From: Lingula anatina
Lineage: Eukaryota > Animalia > Brachiopoda
DNA length: 64,000 nt
Assembly: GCA_051362555.1 (NCBI GenBank)
Contig: CM120640.1
Span: 37,715,967 to 37,779,966, forward strand
Direction of reading: 5' to 3'
In this document: positions 27,125-42,000 of the stretch, piece by piece
Layout of the letters: each line of letters starts with the position of its first letter
Numbering within the stretch: position 1 is the first letter of the stretch
Program-made: the position numbers and the translations under genes
Notes under the pieces: model-generated
The model's input: the letters and a program-made list of their open reading frames with translations, nothing else
Told to the model about the DNA's origin: nothing
Databases searched by the model: none

Positions 27125-28784
27125 GGTCAGTGTCGACGATTGATTTAATACTTTTCACGCCAGTTAAACGTCCATGACAAGTACCCTGTATCTTGGACCT
27201 AACTAGAGAAGGACAAGTAACGCGGCATCTTCCTTTGAAGCTATGTGCGTTCGGGTAAACATTCGCCTATTGTCTCACATAATCTGTTTTGATAGCTCCA
27301 CGGGCGTCTGAACAGCTTATTATCAAGGTAGCGCGCGCTGTGATTCAGTGCATTTCTATTGTTTCTCTGCATTGATAACGCAATTTCTCGCAGTCCCTCG
27401 TGGTTGCTATGATACAGCATTGCCGCCAGTTTGCAGTTGCGAGCACACAGGTTTCCGTCAATACGTGGAAATTTATTGAGGGGTTTTCGGCATTTTACCC
27501 CGTTACCTCATAAAAACGGGGTGTGAAGTTTGTCTTCAATACCTGCTGCCTTTCCCTGTCCGTGAGGTTTTTCAGTCAGCAACTATCTTTCATTTATATT
27601 TCGTTTTATTTTTCATTAAAAGTTACCCGTTTACAATATGAGATTAATTTCACCAATACTGATCTTATGGTAATAAAAATGCATATATTTGACATAAAAA
27701 AATCTTCTTTTTATTTCTTTTCACTTCCTTTTTTTTTACCCAACTTAATATATTATAATAATAAAAGATTTGACAAATAAGACGCATATCACTGCAAGAG
27801 GGTCAAACTCAAATGTGAGTATGAATTTTATCAGGATCAGATTTTTTAAACCTGTAGTTAGTGTATTCTGAGGTAATTGAATATGCAATTTCAATCAAGC
27901 AAGAAAAAACTGTCTAAACATATAATCCATGTTTTTTACATTTCATTTTTTTTCATTATAAGATAGCAAATATAAAACAACTTGAGTTCATTCCAATATT
28001 TATTATTAAAAAAGTAAACATTCAAAATGCTTGTTACAAAGCTAGTGATGATGAATATACAATACATGTGCAGTTTTCTTGTCTTGTCTCTTTTTGTGAA
28101 AGTCATGTTGGAGTTATTTCCTATTTGTATCACGAGTAGTATTAACTTATTTATAAAAGGTATAAACTAATTTCTTATTGACCTATGTGAATTATTGTCC
28201 AAATGTTTAATTAGTGCGTCTTCTCTTGGGCAATGGTGCATTGTCCAATTTTAACTTTCCGGCATCTTGTGGAGAGAATCTGGAAGAGAATAAGAATGTT
28301 TTTATCACAAACTACTATAAATGACAATTGCCTTTTTTACTTCTAGTTGGACATTTGAGCCACAGGTAAGCCTTATCAAATGCATCTCAAGATTCTACCT
28401 GTCAGGTAGATTTTCCCTCTAGTTAAATTTACTTCCCTTGTTAGGCATGGACTTTCTAGATCATTATCAGCCAGGTAACTAAACCGTCTGGCCCTTTGAT
28501 GATTTGATAAAGCCAGCTAGGTGCTATCCAAAGGCATGTCTCAGGATTATTTCAAAGATTTCAAGCACCTGATAACAAGATAATGCAATGTAGCAAGGCA
28601 ATTACAGAGGTGAGACTCTTATCACAAATGTGATCAAGATCTACTTTTATGACCATTACCCAAGTAAATATAATCATGAACTTTGCATGTGTACATGTCC
28701 ACATATACACTTTCACTATAAGACCAACGAGGGTGTTTGCCAATCGTCTTTATTCTGTTTAGGGAATCCAATTTAAAAATGAAA

Positions 28785-29560
28785 AACTATTAATTATCAT
28801 TCTCAAACTGGAGCAGACTTTAGCCGGTCATGTGAATATACATATATACTTCAGAGTAGTGTTAATGTCAACTTTGATAAAAGGATATTAAAAGGCCCAC
28901 AGGTGCGTTTTTGTGTGTCACAATTGCATGGGTGGTGCCATATTGCAATGATAGCCCATATTAAGAGTTAAAAAAATAATAATTATCATTCTTAGACTGG
29001 AGCTGACTGGAGCCGGTAATGTGTAAATATATATATACTTTAGGGCAGTGTTAATGTCAACTTTGATAAAAGGATATTTAAAGAATCACAGGTGCGTTTC
29101 TGTGTGTCATAATTGCATGTGTGGTGCCATATTGCAAAGATAGCCCATATTGAGAGTTAAAAAAATAATAATTATCATTCTCAGACTGGAGCTGACTGTA
29201 GCCGGTAATGTGTAAATATATATATATACTTTAGAGCAGTGTTAATGTCAGCTTTGATAAAAGGATATTTAAAGAATCACAGGTGCGTTTTTGTGTGTCA
29301 TAATTGCATGTGTGGTGCCATATTGCAAAGATAGCCCATATTGAGAGTTAAAAAAATAATAATTATCATTCTCAGACCGGAGCTGACTGTAGCCGGTAAT
29401 GTGTAAATATATATATACTTCAGAGCAGTGTTAATGTCAACTTTGATAAAAGGATATTAAAAGGATCACAGGTGCGTTTTTGTGTGTCACAATTGCATGT
29501 GTGGTGCCATGTTGCAACGAGAGCCCATATTAAGAGTTAAAAATATTAACTATCATTAAC
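28785..29560. repeat. ~190-bp tandem repeat, ~4 copies
   Basis: AATTATCATT..ACTGGAGC recurs at ~28792, 28981, 29170 and 29361. Confidence 0.93.
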
Positions 29561-29613
29561 TATTTAGGTCCAAGGCCACATAACCCTCGCTGACTCGGGG
29601 TCTATCTATTACA

Positions 29614-29703
29614 TACACTGTCACCCTCTCGCGATATATGCCATGAACACCTCTCGCTGACGCTCGAGGTGTTATGGCATATATCGCTCGGGTGACAGTG
29701 TAT
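29614..29703. mobile_element. ~90-bp palindromic MITE
   Basis: TACACTGTCACCC..GCGATATATGCCAT..AACACCTC / GAGGTGTT ATGGCATATATCGC..GGGTGACAGTGTA. Confidence 0.8.
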
Positions 29704-30089
29704 TATCTCACACATAAAGCTTGTCATGAAAATGCATGCATTGTGGATTTTGGTATCTAATATGAAAGCACATACTGTACATGTATATCATTGACAATTT
29801 GTGCGTTTTCTTTACATTTCATGCACATCTGACCTTAAGTGAGGTCAGTGAATTTCCAAACGTGACCCATAGAACAGTAACATGATCATCAGTATTAGTT
29901 CATATAATTAAATATAAAACATGTCTATTGAAAAAAAATAGCGCTGGACTCTAATCAACAGTACAAGTATATAAAGGGGAAGTTTTATCACACACAAAAA
30001 TAAGGAAATGTCTTGAACCCATTATTAGGGAAACTCAACTCTACTGCCAGGTGCTATAGGGTGTGTAAATGAACTCTGTCGATTTTGAC

Positions 30090-30243
30090 GACCAGATATG
30101 TCCGACAGACAAAAAAAGAACCAGATGTGTCCGACAGGCCAGATACCTCCTGTATCTGGCCTGTCGGACACATCTGGCTCTTTTTGGTCGGACATGTCTA
30201 GTCTTCTCTGGTCGTAGGACATATCTAGCCTGTCGGACATATC
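30090..30243. repeat. Short direct and inverted repeats of CCAGATRTGTCCGACAG
   Basis: About two forward and four reverse ~25-30-bp units, forming a foldback. Confidence 0.75.
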
Positions 30244-31143
30244 GGGTCGTCACAGTCGATCCTGTAAGTTCTCATGGAAACATATTCGCTGTTCACATGG
30301 GTTAATATAACATTATTTTGTGCACGAACGTAATATCAAACTTTCAAACTAATATCTCCCTTTATTTCCTTTGATGTTTAAAATGGAAAATTGCAAGAAT
30401 CGGTTACAATGAGAACGGTATTAATGTAGGCACTTTGTTACCTGAAGAAAATACATATAATTAAGCATAGATTACTTATTTTGAAAACCATAACGAGTAT
30501 ATTATTTTGAATGCTGGGTTTTCTTAATGCACACTTGAGCCTATAACTTGATCCTTTAAAGATGCTGTACACTGTAGGCACATTTGTTTCAATCTCTGGA
30601 GTTTGCACTTATATGTATTACTGCTGTCTTATCGAAAAAGATCATTAATTATTGGGCATCCAAAAAGACAACAATTGCAATCAAAGTTTCCTGTGACTGG
30701 ATGATACCCGTTAGCGAACCTTGTCTTTTAAACAATTCGAAGCATATTTTAAAAGAAACCATACCCATGCCGGTGAGCTGGGTAACTACACACGTGTACT
30801 GGTGGTTATTGATCTCAACTGTGATCTACGTCAGTGTTGATCCAAAAGAAAAAATGTAACCTTAAAATGTTCCTTAGGATCCCATTGCTCCATCAACTGA
30901 CTGTTTCTTTACTACAACTGCTCAAATGTCACAGTTTTGATGTCGTTGGTTTGTACCCGCAGTTGCCCCTCTTCTTAACGAAACAATTAGGAAAGTTTTT
31001 ATTTTCCTTTATAGAAAGCTACTGATATAAACTTCACTGCGGTACTTTCCCCATAAAAATAACATTACTTTCAACATGTAACTTATAATTTCCATTTCGA
31101 TGGTGGTAACTGCTTGGTAAGGATTGCAGGTCCATTCACAAGC

Positions 31144-34100
31144 CTACATCCGGAGGTTGACATAGGTGTCAAATTTACGGACGTATTCTTCAACCACACC
31201 GTAGCAAAATACATACTGTTCCTATAAAATAAAACGCAGGGTATATTTACATACAACTATGCGTTCGTGAATAAACCAGTTTCAAAGAAAATGAATGATT
31301 GATATGTATGTGTAATATTTTGAAAAGCTGTGTATTGCAGACTTGGACACTTTATTTCTATCAAAGAGTCTGGCGTTTACTGGCGGTATCAACTTACAGT
31401 GTAAAGGTACGTGTTTGTCGCCCAAATGAGACACGTATTGTTATCACGTTACCTTGCTATCGATCAGCTGTGGTCTGTTTTGTCTGACAGCCTTCACCGT
31501 GTGGAAGACATCCACTTCTTGCTCCACCTTCAGCTTGTCCAGTATGCGAGCCACGGCACAGAACAACCCGCTCTGGTGGGCACCGTTCCTTTATTATAGA
31601 AAAAATAAAAACATGGGTTTCCTGTGGCTCAAATATTATTTTGGGTAGAAAGAAAATAATAACAAGATGGGTTTCCTGTGCCTCAAATATTATTTTGGGT
31701 ATTAAGAAAATTATAACAACTTGTTATTATTTTCTTTATACCCAACATATAAAGATAGGTTTCCTGTGGCTCAAATATTATTATGGGTAGAAAGAAAATA
31801 AATGACTATCCAATAATGATTTACTAGAGAAATTTGTTCTATGAATAATTGAACAGATAGGGCAGAAAAATGTGGCGTTAAAATACGACTTATGCATACT
31901 ATATCAAATTAATATAATAAATAATACTTATAATTTTATTTGAATATTAAATAACCAAATTTCCTTCCAGTTTAAAGAAAAGTAATACAAGATATAACTG
32001 GCATTTGGCGGTGGCTGTAAAAACTCACATGCAGTGAACAGTTATGGGAGTGTTTCCTCGTTTTTGTTGCCACTGTTGAACAGCATCAAACAGCTCAAGA
32101 AACGCACGCGGTGATGGCGGCACTGGTTTTGAAGTCATCCAGTCGTGAAACTGGAATTGGCAGACTTTTCTTGAGGAGCCCGAGTGCTATAAAATTGAAG
32201 GAAAATAATAATTTAGTGATAACAACGTTTGTTATATCTAGATTAAATCCCTTTTAAACAGAATGTGTTATTTAAGATTAATACTCCATTAAGGATACGT
32301 ATCCCGATATGCCAAATGCAGCAAAATATGAAAGAAGAAAAATTAGACATAATAGGTCTTCTTTGATATAGAAAGTGCAAGATCAAAGGAGGCTATCTTA
32401 AGTTAGAACACAAACCGTTTTCTTGCCTGAGCTTAGACCATTATTACAAACGGTTACACTGTAAGATTTAGTTTACCTCTATTGTGCAATAAAGGTAGTC
32501 TAAACCTTACATAATTATAGAAATTGTACTCACATCCTTAGAATTGGTCACCCTCAACTCTTTAACGGTAATACGTTTCCCGCTCTGGCGCGTGGAGGTC
32601 ATTTCTACATTAAAAGGACCGTAAGATGTCATCTTCTCTGTTGGCCAGTACACACCACTTGTCTGAGGAAATCAACAACTCAGGTGTATTAGTGGTGTTA
32701 TTGGGCAAAGTAAATAAACGCTTAAGGTTGAGATAAATGGAATTCTGCTTGTATTTTAAAGACGCATATATGCGGTATGTATTTGTAAAAATCAAAAATA
32801 AGCCTCAGTTTTACTTATAATTTTAACTTGACGTAAACATCGCCTCTATTGTCTCGAATAACATTCTCTCGGCAGTATCTGCAGTTATTTACCTTGCTAT
32901 CGTCGTTAAGTTCATTCAGCATAACTATAGTCGCACATTGCTGGTCATACAGCATACTCCAGAAGTCAACGATCGTATGAGGTAGAGGCATCTGCGTGAT
33001 GATATAGGCATTTTGGCGTTGGTAACCCTAAAACATTTTGTTTCTAATATGTTGACTGCCACATATGCATGCATTACTTACACAGAATATTCGTTTATTT
33101 AAGAAAGCAACGGTTTTAAAGTCATTAAAACAAATACGCTTTTTACTTGAACGAACAGAATGGGTAATATATATTTGAAATTCGCTTTCAACATTTTTAA
33201 GACGATACATGTACAATGTCTAATCAGAATGTAGAACTGTTTATGAGAAAAGTACTTAAACCATACGTCTATGAACACTGCATTAATGTAATCAGTGCTG
33301 TCCTCCGCGTATGATGTAAGGCGTGGTCTGCAGTGGTTGCCTTCATATTGAAACAGACAAAATAAGTCATTTGTTTCGTAACAGATGTAGTAATTCAACA
33401 TTATGTTTACGTGTTTTAATACAAACATTAAAAAAATACTGCGATACGGAGAGTATTTTAGATATTATTTAAAAAAGGAATATAAGTGCTATAAAAAAGA
33501 AACCTCAAAATGCATTATCCGCTGAATCTAATTAAAGACTGGAGAAATCTATATGTAGACGCAAAAGTTTAAAGATAAAAAGGTCCAACAAATAACCAAA
33601 GCACCGAAGCATATTACACGTATTACAAACAAAAATACCGGATGATAAAGAGAACTTACGTACGGTGAGATACACTGTAAGTTCGAAGTGGTTTAAAATT
33701 TACCTGCTACAATATTAGTCACTCTATTCTTGCCAATGTTGATGGGCTCCAGGGCAGTCTTTGTGGAACTTTCTTCTATTTCAGGCAGCATGAGGCCCAG
33801 TACCTGGCCAACGAAGAAAAATTAATACATTGCACTTACATACATAGTTAACTACATGTATGAGTGCTTCTTGCAAACAGTTGTATTTCAAAACCACCTA
33901 CAAAATTTAACAAATGTTAATTAAAACTTACGCCATCATTCAAAATTAACAAACATTTTGTCCGTGACTTACAGCAAACTCTTCTTCCATTTTGGTCAGT
34001 CCAGTCTTGTTCCTTTGTCTCAGTTTTCTCAAACGAGAGGTAAGATCCTGTAGTCTTATGAAGGTAATGCCACAATGCAACTCCTCCAACAATGTGTCAT

Positions 34101-35971
34101 GTATGAAGTAATATTGCTCCTGAAACAAGCAGGCCGAGGTCATTTCTAATACATCAAATACCAGCCAGCGATATTTCAACAAAACATACCTTGTACCAAA
34201 AACGAATTATTGACATCGTTACAGTTGTAGTATAACAACGTGTTCTACTGTTACAATTACGGCAACTCATTGTCAAACCACGTTATATATACCTTGTAAG
34301 GTAATAGGGTACTCCACAAACTGCATTACCACATGTTTATGTATACATTTAAGGTAAAGGATACTGAGTGACAATTTTGCCGTAGACTAGTAAAATGAAA
34401 TACCTTTGTCTGTACCATTTTCGGCCGAGATGCTCGCAATGACTGAACGAGTCGGAATACGTCCACCTTTCCCTCCGCCAGCGCTTGTTCAAACAGATAG
34501 TCCAGTGCGATAAAAGTACCAGTGTTGCCAACCCCGTTGCTAAAAATAGAGAAAACAAACTTGATTTTAGCAACTGGCCTCTTTGTGTAAATATGCGGCA
34601 CGATATGTGCTATCATATTTGATGTCGTGGAGTAAAAAAATCTACTGGTTATAATGTAAGATAAATTCATTAAAATATAAAAAGTCTGGTTAAATGTTGA
34701 TCAATTCTCACAAAACAACGAGGTAAAATTGTTTTTCACCTGCAGTGCACAACGACTGGTCCTTGGCCCTCAACTAGGATGTCATGCTTCTCAACTTCCT
34801 CTCGGAATTTTACCAAAGCAGTCGGGTCAATAGGTACGCCGTTATCAGGCCAACCAGTGAAGTGGAACTGTTTGACAGTGTGGACTGTCGGATGACCTAC
34901 CTTTAGATGAAGGACAATATACCATGGATTGAGACATTTTAGACAGATGTCTTCAATGAAATCAAACACCTACTATAATATGTTAATACTTACAAAAACA
35001 CTTTTGATTAGTCAGTTTGACATATAGGTCTGTGAATGTTCTGCTTACTTTACAATACTGCAGATTTCGTACAAAAAAGTTCTGTCCTTGGACTTCATCT
35101 AGCGTTGTCACTTGTATTTCGCCAAACTGTTTCATTCCTTCGTCTGCCCAGTACTGCTCACATTTTTGCTGAGGTAGAAAGGGTTATTATTAGGTCTCAT
35201 ATTGAAATACATCAGATATACAAGAATACATACAATATACAGTTCCATTTTATCGCATCGTTTACTTTGTCTTACTTAAATATAAAAAAACTTGAAGCTC
35301 TTTCAGAACAGCAGACTAAGAGTGCATTAAGAACAGATGATCCGCGAACTAACTGGCCGGCTGACTAAATGTGGCCGACTCCACTAAAAAGCGTTGCCGC
35401 TAATTTCCTGATGATCCCCCCGCCTCCACCCGTGCCTAAAACAAATAAAGGCTCGATCGGCTCCTCTGAGGTTTAATTGCCCTGCAGGCAATTAGGCGGT
35501 CATATTTAGTCAGCGGATCAGTTAGCCCGCGGATCAACGTGTTCTGAATGCCCTCTAATGAAATATGGTCCAGCCACTTGAATGCTTGCTGTGTAATTCC
35601 CGCGATGTATCTACTAATCGGGATTTAAGCGGCAGGCTTTTAATGGGTAGCAATATTTGATCCGCGGATCTGTTAGACCGCTGTTCTGAATGCGCTCTAT
35701 GATATTGACATACCTTGCCCATTTCTACAGTTTTCGTCAACATTACAATTTGTGGAGACTTGACTTGCCATACCATCCGCCAGAAGTCATTTACGGTGTT
35801 TGATTTTGGACCTATTCCAGAAAAAAAACACTTTCATGCTAGTATTGTCATTATGCATTACCCATAATTAAACATCTATTTTCCAGTGTCACAACTTAAC
35901 TGAGAAATAGCGAAACATACTTGTCGATGGAACTAAATTAGGATTCATAAATATGGTGTGTGTGTGTGTGT

Positions 35972-36021
<50 letters not shown>

Positions 36022-39000
36022 TAGATATCGCTTAAGAAAATAAAATTACCCTGTGCAGCAATGAATGCTCGTGGCCTATTATACCCCTGAAATTGGAAAG
36101 TGCAATTGTCAAGTATGGCTTTTAAATGTGAGATGTAGCTAATTCTAAAATCAATGATACACATTTACGCATGAAATAAAACAAACTTATGTACACTGCC
36201 CCTGGTTAACACGGGACAAAAAGACACACTTAAGGTCGGACAGTTATAGAGTATTATGATGGCAGCATATAAAAAGAATGTAGTACGGATGTAAAATAAC
36301 TCACATCAATATAGTTAGCGTTGATGTAGTCAGAGTTGGGATCATCTGGCAAAAGGTCTAATACAACTCGATTATGGTCGTCTAATGGAAAATAAATAGT
36401 TCGATAGATAATGGTAGTGAACGGATTCAGATATTAAACCAGTACAATCTTTTATCATGTAATGGATGGTAAAACATGACTGACATCAAAAACACGCAGA
36501 TCGTTATAATGCGCACCACTATATATTTTTTTAATTAGCTAATTTTATTCCAATTATTTTTAGAATTTTTTCAGTTTCAATGACTTACAAGGAATGGTGT
36601 TCCTGAACCTGTTCTTTAGTTTATTTTCTCGTTTTTGGCCGACTTCACAAGGGTATTTCAGTGTGAGAGGAAATTTCTGGAAAAAGGTTAATTTTTTTTT
36701 AAACTGATTTTATAAACGCTCGTGTACATTTAGTCAACTTAAGCTAACCGACGTAGGCTGTACGCTGTATATTAATTGCACACGTTTTATTGATAAATAA
36801 ATAAACCATAAAACATACAGTTTTGTAACAGCATTATTGGGGCTCATCTCCAAAGAAACCATCGCTCTACGTACAGGTAGATCGATCGAACGCCGCAGGG
36901 ACTCTCGCTGAATGCAATAACCTTAACATATTAACACGTTTCTTACAGCGCTGAGCAGAAACCAGAAAAGCTGGTGGTTAAACCAGTGCGTTGGGAACGA
37001 GGAGGTATGTCAATATATTGATCTGATTGCATTGAGGAAGAGCTCCCGCAGAGGTTCATCGGTCTACGTAGAACGATAGGTTCATGGGGAACAGGCCCTT
37101 AAATTGGCTATGTGGTCACGTGCTTTAACAAGGTACTGTTTTTAGTAAAATGTATATTTAAAATGGACTGTATGTCCTACTGAAACGTGGACAATTCAAA
37201 CCTGATATTCGCCGTGAAGAATATCTCTGGCTTTCAATTTCATGGCCTCATAAATGTTCTCGACAGAGATTTCTGTGTTTTGTTTGATGCTGCTATAGAG
37301 ATGCTCGTCTTCCGTGTTTTCATACGGAACTTGAACCGGAGATTCATATACATGGTCATCTAGATCTGGAGATATAAAGTCAAAACGAGGAGATAATGGC
37401 ATGTACTTTTTAATGAAATACTGTACATGTACATGTAGAATAAAAGCTGTTGGACATAGCAGCTTTTGGTGTAAATAACTACCTTCTTTTCTCTGCAATT
37501 CAGAAAAGGCCTCAACTTGATCAGGCTCTTGAGGGCGTCGCCTTCTGCAAAACAAGTTTACAAATAAGAGTAAGAGAGTCTTGAACACGACCTTGAGTTC
37601 CACATGTACAACATAATTAAGTATTTTATTTGTGAAATTTGTAGATGACTCAATTTGATGTGTTGGGTCGCATTTACAACATATAATTTTACCGTATCAT
37701 ATGGTTATCTAATTTCAAGTTTTTTAGAGATCCATAGTACATGCATGTAAACCTTGCTCTATGTATACCAAGATTATGAAGTTTACTCTTGTACATGAAA
37801 AATAAGACCACAAATATACATTATAACGTCTACATTTTTACATTTACATTTTGTTTATTTAAGGACTATCTATCGTAATCTACAAAGGTTTACCTTTTGT
37901 ATATAAGAACAACAACCACAAATACCACCACCAGGACCAGAACCCCCAACACACCTCCTGCTACAGCACCACCATTTATACCTGTGGCAGGAACCGAAGA
38001 CGCTAGGAAGAAAGGAGACATATAGGAGTTAAAACACTCTGAATGTAGTCGGAAACTTTCGCCATTTAAATAAATCTCTTTTAATAAATAAGTAAAATCC
38101 AACTTTGATTTAAAACCTGAAGGGATAATTTTGCAAACTGTGTAGCACAATTGCCACACAGAATTTCTAATGGGTTCATGTAGCTATGACACTGACTACA
38201 CTCACTTTGGCTGAGTTGAGATACCAGATACCTTTTTCTGTATCCGTTGTTGCCTGAATTGCATCACTATATTCGCCATACCCGACAGCTGTTTTGGCGC
38301 GGATCTAGAGTGACAATAATGCTCAAGATGGGGAAAAACAGTAGATGGAAGCAGTGGAATTGGGTAACAGTGCAAATTGTGCAATACAAATCAACTTGGT
38401 GTTTTTTCATAAAACATACATTAAGCTATAATTTGTTCATTGAAATACCTTGGAGATTTTGTGTGAAATATACTTACTCGAATTATGTACGTGGAATTGA
38501 ACTGCAAATTGTCAATTATTTTATTAGTAATATCAGCACCAATCACTGTTTCTTCCCACTGGCTGGATTGTTGAGTGTACGATATCTCGTAACTGACGAT
38601 AACGCCATTTGGACGGGACGGGGCACGCCATGTTATCTCTATGGAGCTATCTCCAATTGATGTTACATTTGGGGCTTCCATCTTTGGTGGAACTGTAACA
38701 TAAAATAATTATATTTCGCGAAAAATCTCCATCGGTTCATTTTCTGAAAATAGCAATTAATAAACTCATGGTAATTATATTTAAAATAGAAAAGATAACT
38801 TTTTTCTTGTAAAGTTAAATAAGCAATACCGGGAAGTTTTTTTTTACATGATGATATTTTCGTAAAATTCATAATTAATTGAAAAAATTACCCCCTTCAG
38901 CTGTAGTATGAGTCACTGTCACTGGTGGTCCTTCCAGTTGTAAGTTGTTAACTGCTGTCAGGTAGATGGTGTATTTACTATATGTTGTGAGGTTGGTGAT

Positions 39001-42000
39001 GGTTATCAACTGCGACTCAGTTACACGCAGCACGTCTGTTGTACCATTGTTAAATTCTCCTTCATATCGCACAGTTAATTTTGCAAACCCGTCGCATCTA
39101 TGGATCTCTTGATTCATCCCCTAAAATTATGGACGTTGTTTACTTGTCTTGAATAGTATCGATATGTGCATGATGTCCGGCATTTGGAAAACGCCAAAAT
39201 GAACGCAAAGTACATGTATGTACAGGATACGTATGTTACGACGTAAATCGATTTATATCCGCTTCATTTTGGAGGTCGGCTAAAATATTATGGCACAATC
39301 ACAACTGGCGACGTTCTCTTTCACCATACAGTAATTAAGTTAATGCGATTTGATTAAAAATAATCGCGTATTATAATTTTTCTTTGCCAATATTCCTGGT
39401 ACACCTGAATGACTTTCTCAGATGACCGTTTTCATGCAAAAATAACCCGCAAATCAAATGCATTGCAATTACCTATCAAGGTAGCACTTCACTGTGTTGT
39501 GCGTGCATAGTGTTTCGATCAACACGGTATACTCACCATTGTTCTAATTTCTATGTAAGTAGATCTTTGTGATAAATCAAAAAAAGAGTTCACATTTGGA
39601 TAAGGAGGTGCCACAGGTTCTGAACAAAAAGAAAATAATCATGAATTATTCAAACTGCTTGAAAGGAAAGTAATACGTGCGTTATTTTGGATTATAATGT
39701 TTTGCATAAATACCTTATTAGTTTTAAAACAATTAAACAATATTACCTCCACATGTTCTTGCAGTAGTTGTTGGGCTAGGAAGTCCATAATATCCAGCAT
39801 TATTCCAGATAATAACAATAACGTTATATTCTGTGTGGTGAGAAAGATTTATTATTGTAACTGTATGCTTTTCTGATGACACTGTGACGTTTCTGGGCCG
39901 ACCATCCTGCTGCCAAACGTTAATGACGTAGCTGTGAACACGTGTAACACCAGAGCCGGCCTTTGCCGTCCATTGTTGCCAACTTATGGTGAGTGTATCT
40001 TGAGTCCTTGATGACACAGCCGGTGCTGCGGTTAGATGTGGCAGTGATGATGTGTCTTCAAAATAAAATAATTGACACGTGACTAGAAAGACCGATAAAT
40101 GAATAATATTTTAGTTTTTTTTAGATTCATATTGACTATACAAATCCCAGTTACAGGTTTTTTTGTTTGAACCAATGGAAGGCAAGTGCGGGATGTACAT
40201 ATTAAGTGCTGTTGTTAAAACACAAGACGCCCACTGTATGCGACTAACAAAAGTGCAATAGGCCTTTTACAGCTAGATGACTAGCTGTTGACTTCTTTTG
40301 TTTACTGAAGAGATCATTCTCCAGTAAACAAAAATTAAACCGAAGAGCAAGGTCTTCAGAAAACAAAAGAAGTCAACATCTACTAGCAGTCATCTACCCC
40401 GGCAGCTGAAAAGGGCGTATTATATCGAGGCGCAGCCAAAAATGGACTCTTGTGGTAACTAGTACATAAACATGCCAGACGACTGGCGATTTAAATCAAA
40501 AGGAAGAAAATACCACAGTCCGTGACATACCGACTTGACATGTCCCATGATGTCCCTGCCAGCCCTCAGCACAGCCAGATGTACAGACTCCATACACGGG
40601 ATGACACTGTTCATTGCTATCTCTACAGTTACAACGGTTTCTGCATTCAGGACCAAGGTTTTTATTTGTACATTCTGAAAATAACATGAAGCACAGAGAC
40701 CAATCATTTGTAAAGAACACTTTACTTTATCAGAAGTTTTAATTTAACTACAAAAATATCAATTGCGTGTCCAGCGTAACGGAGGCAAATAAAGTTTTGC
40801 GTCGAACAACCCAACGCCAATGCAGCCATACATTTTGTATATAAACAACTATTTTTGTGAGCGTCAAGAATAATTAATATTATTATACAACAGTACAGCA
40901 ATATTTATAATTGATAAAATAGGTCACTTGTGTAATGATGATAAAAATAAAAATCGTCAACAACTTACGGAAATCACACCGATGAGCCAGTTATGTAATC
41001 AAAGCTCTATATTCTGCTTAAGAAGAGTACACTGTAAAAACAGCGTTTAGCTCCAAGACACATTTCCAAGCGCCTGTTTTGTCTCATTTTTTCGACGCGT
41101 TTAGCTCCTAAGCACGTTTTGCTCCTTAACATGTTACACGCTTTGACGTGTTTGACGAATAATAAATGTAGGATATATTCATTTAACTTTCAGGTGCTAA
41201 AGGTTTCAAATGTCTTAGTCACACACGCACACACACTAAGTCACGGTCACCTTTAAAGTGATAATAACTCTTCGTTTCGGCCAAAAAATGAATTTTCCTG
41301 GAGTAAACAACAATTTTCCCGTACTTACCAATGGTTTATGAATCCATTTTTACATTCAAAGTTAGTCCCTGGTTTTTTTCTAAAAAGTTTGTTTTTTTGT
41401 TAAAATCTCTTAAGAGATTTTAACAGAGTATAGCCATCAATGGAGGTCACGTGGTCTATAGACAAGCTCAGATATCAGAATAATAGCTATAACAGCCGTT
41501 TTTGTGGGAAAACAGAATATATTATATTTTCATGAGTCATTCACAATGTTTTTATTGTGAAATACAGATTTCATACGAAGAGTTATTACTTCTTTAACTG
41601 CTATAGATATCATTATCTGTAACAGGGTACCGTTAACTGTCAACAACGTTGACTTAAGCAGATATCGTTACAGCTGGTCTTATTCATTCTTGTGTTAGCA
41701 GAACTTGCGAGGGAGTTTATTAGAATGTATTTCTGAAAAACAAGGTACAAAAATTCACTAGTTCACTAAAGACACGAAGCAACTATCACTTTTACTTTAA
41801 AACACATTTATTCATATTTTGATATAATGCGTTACGGTATTGATGTCAATTTTTTTCCGGAAGTAATGAACAATAGAACACCAGGATGATGGTGGGGTAT
41901 TCATTAGCTTTCATCACATGCTGGTTATTTTGGTACCGATAGCCGGAATATTCTTCAAGTTAGTCGCCGACTAACCCCAAGCCCATTTTGGAATTAACCG

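Noticed and set aside
31453-32187. Degenerate D2 active site as a novelty
   Set aside because: Inactive D2 domains are normal in tandem-domain RPTPs.
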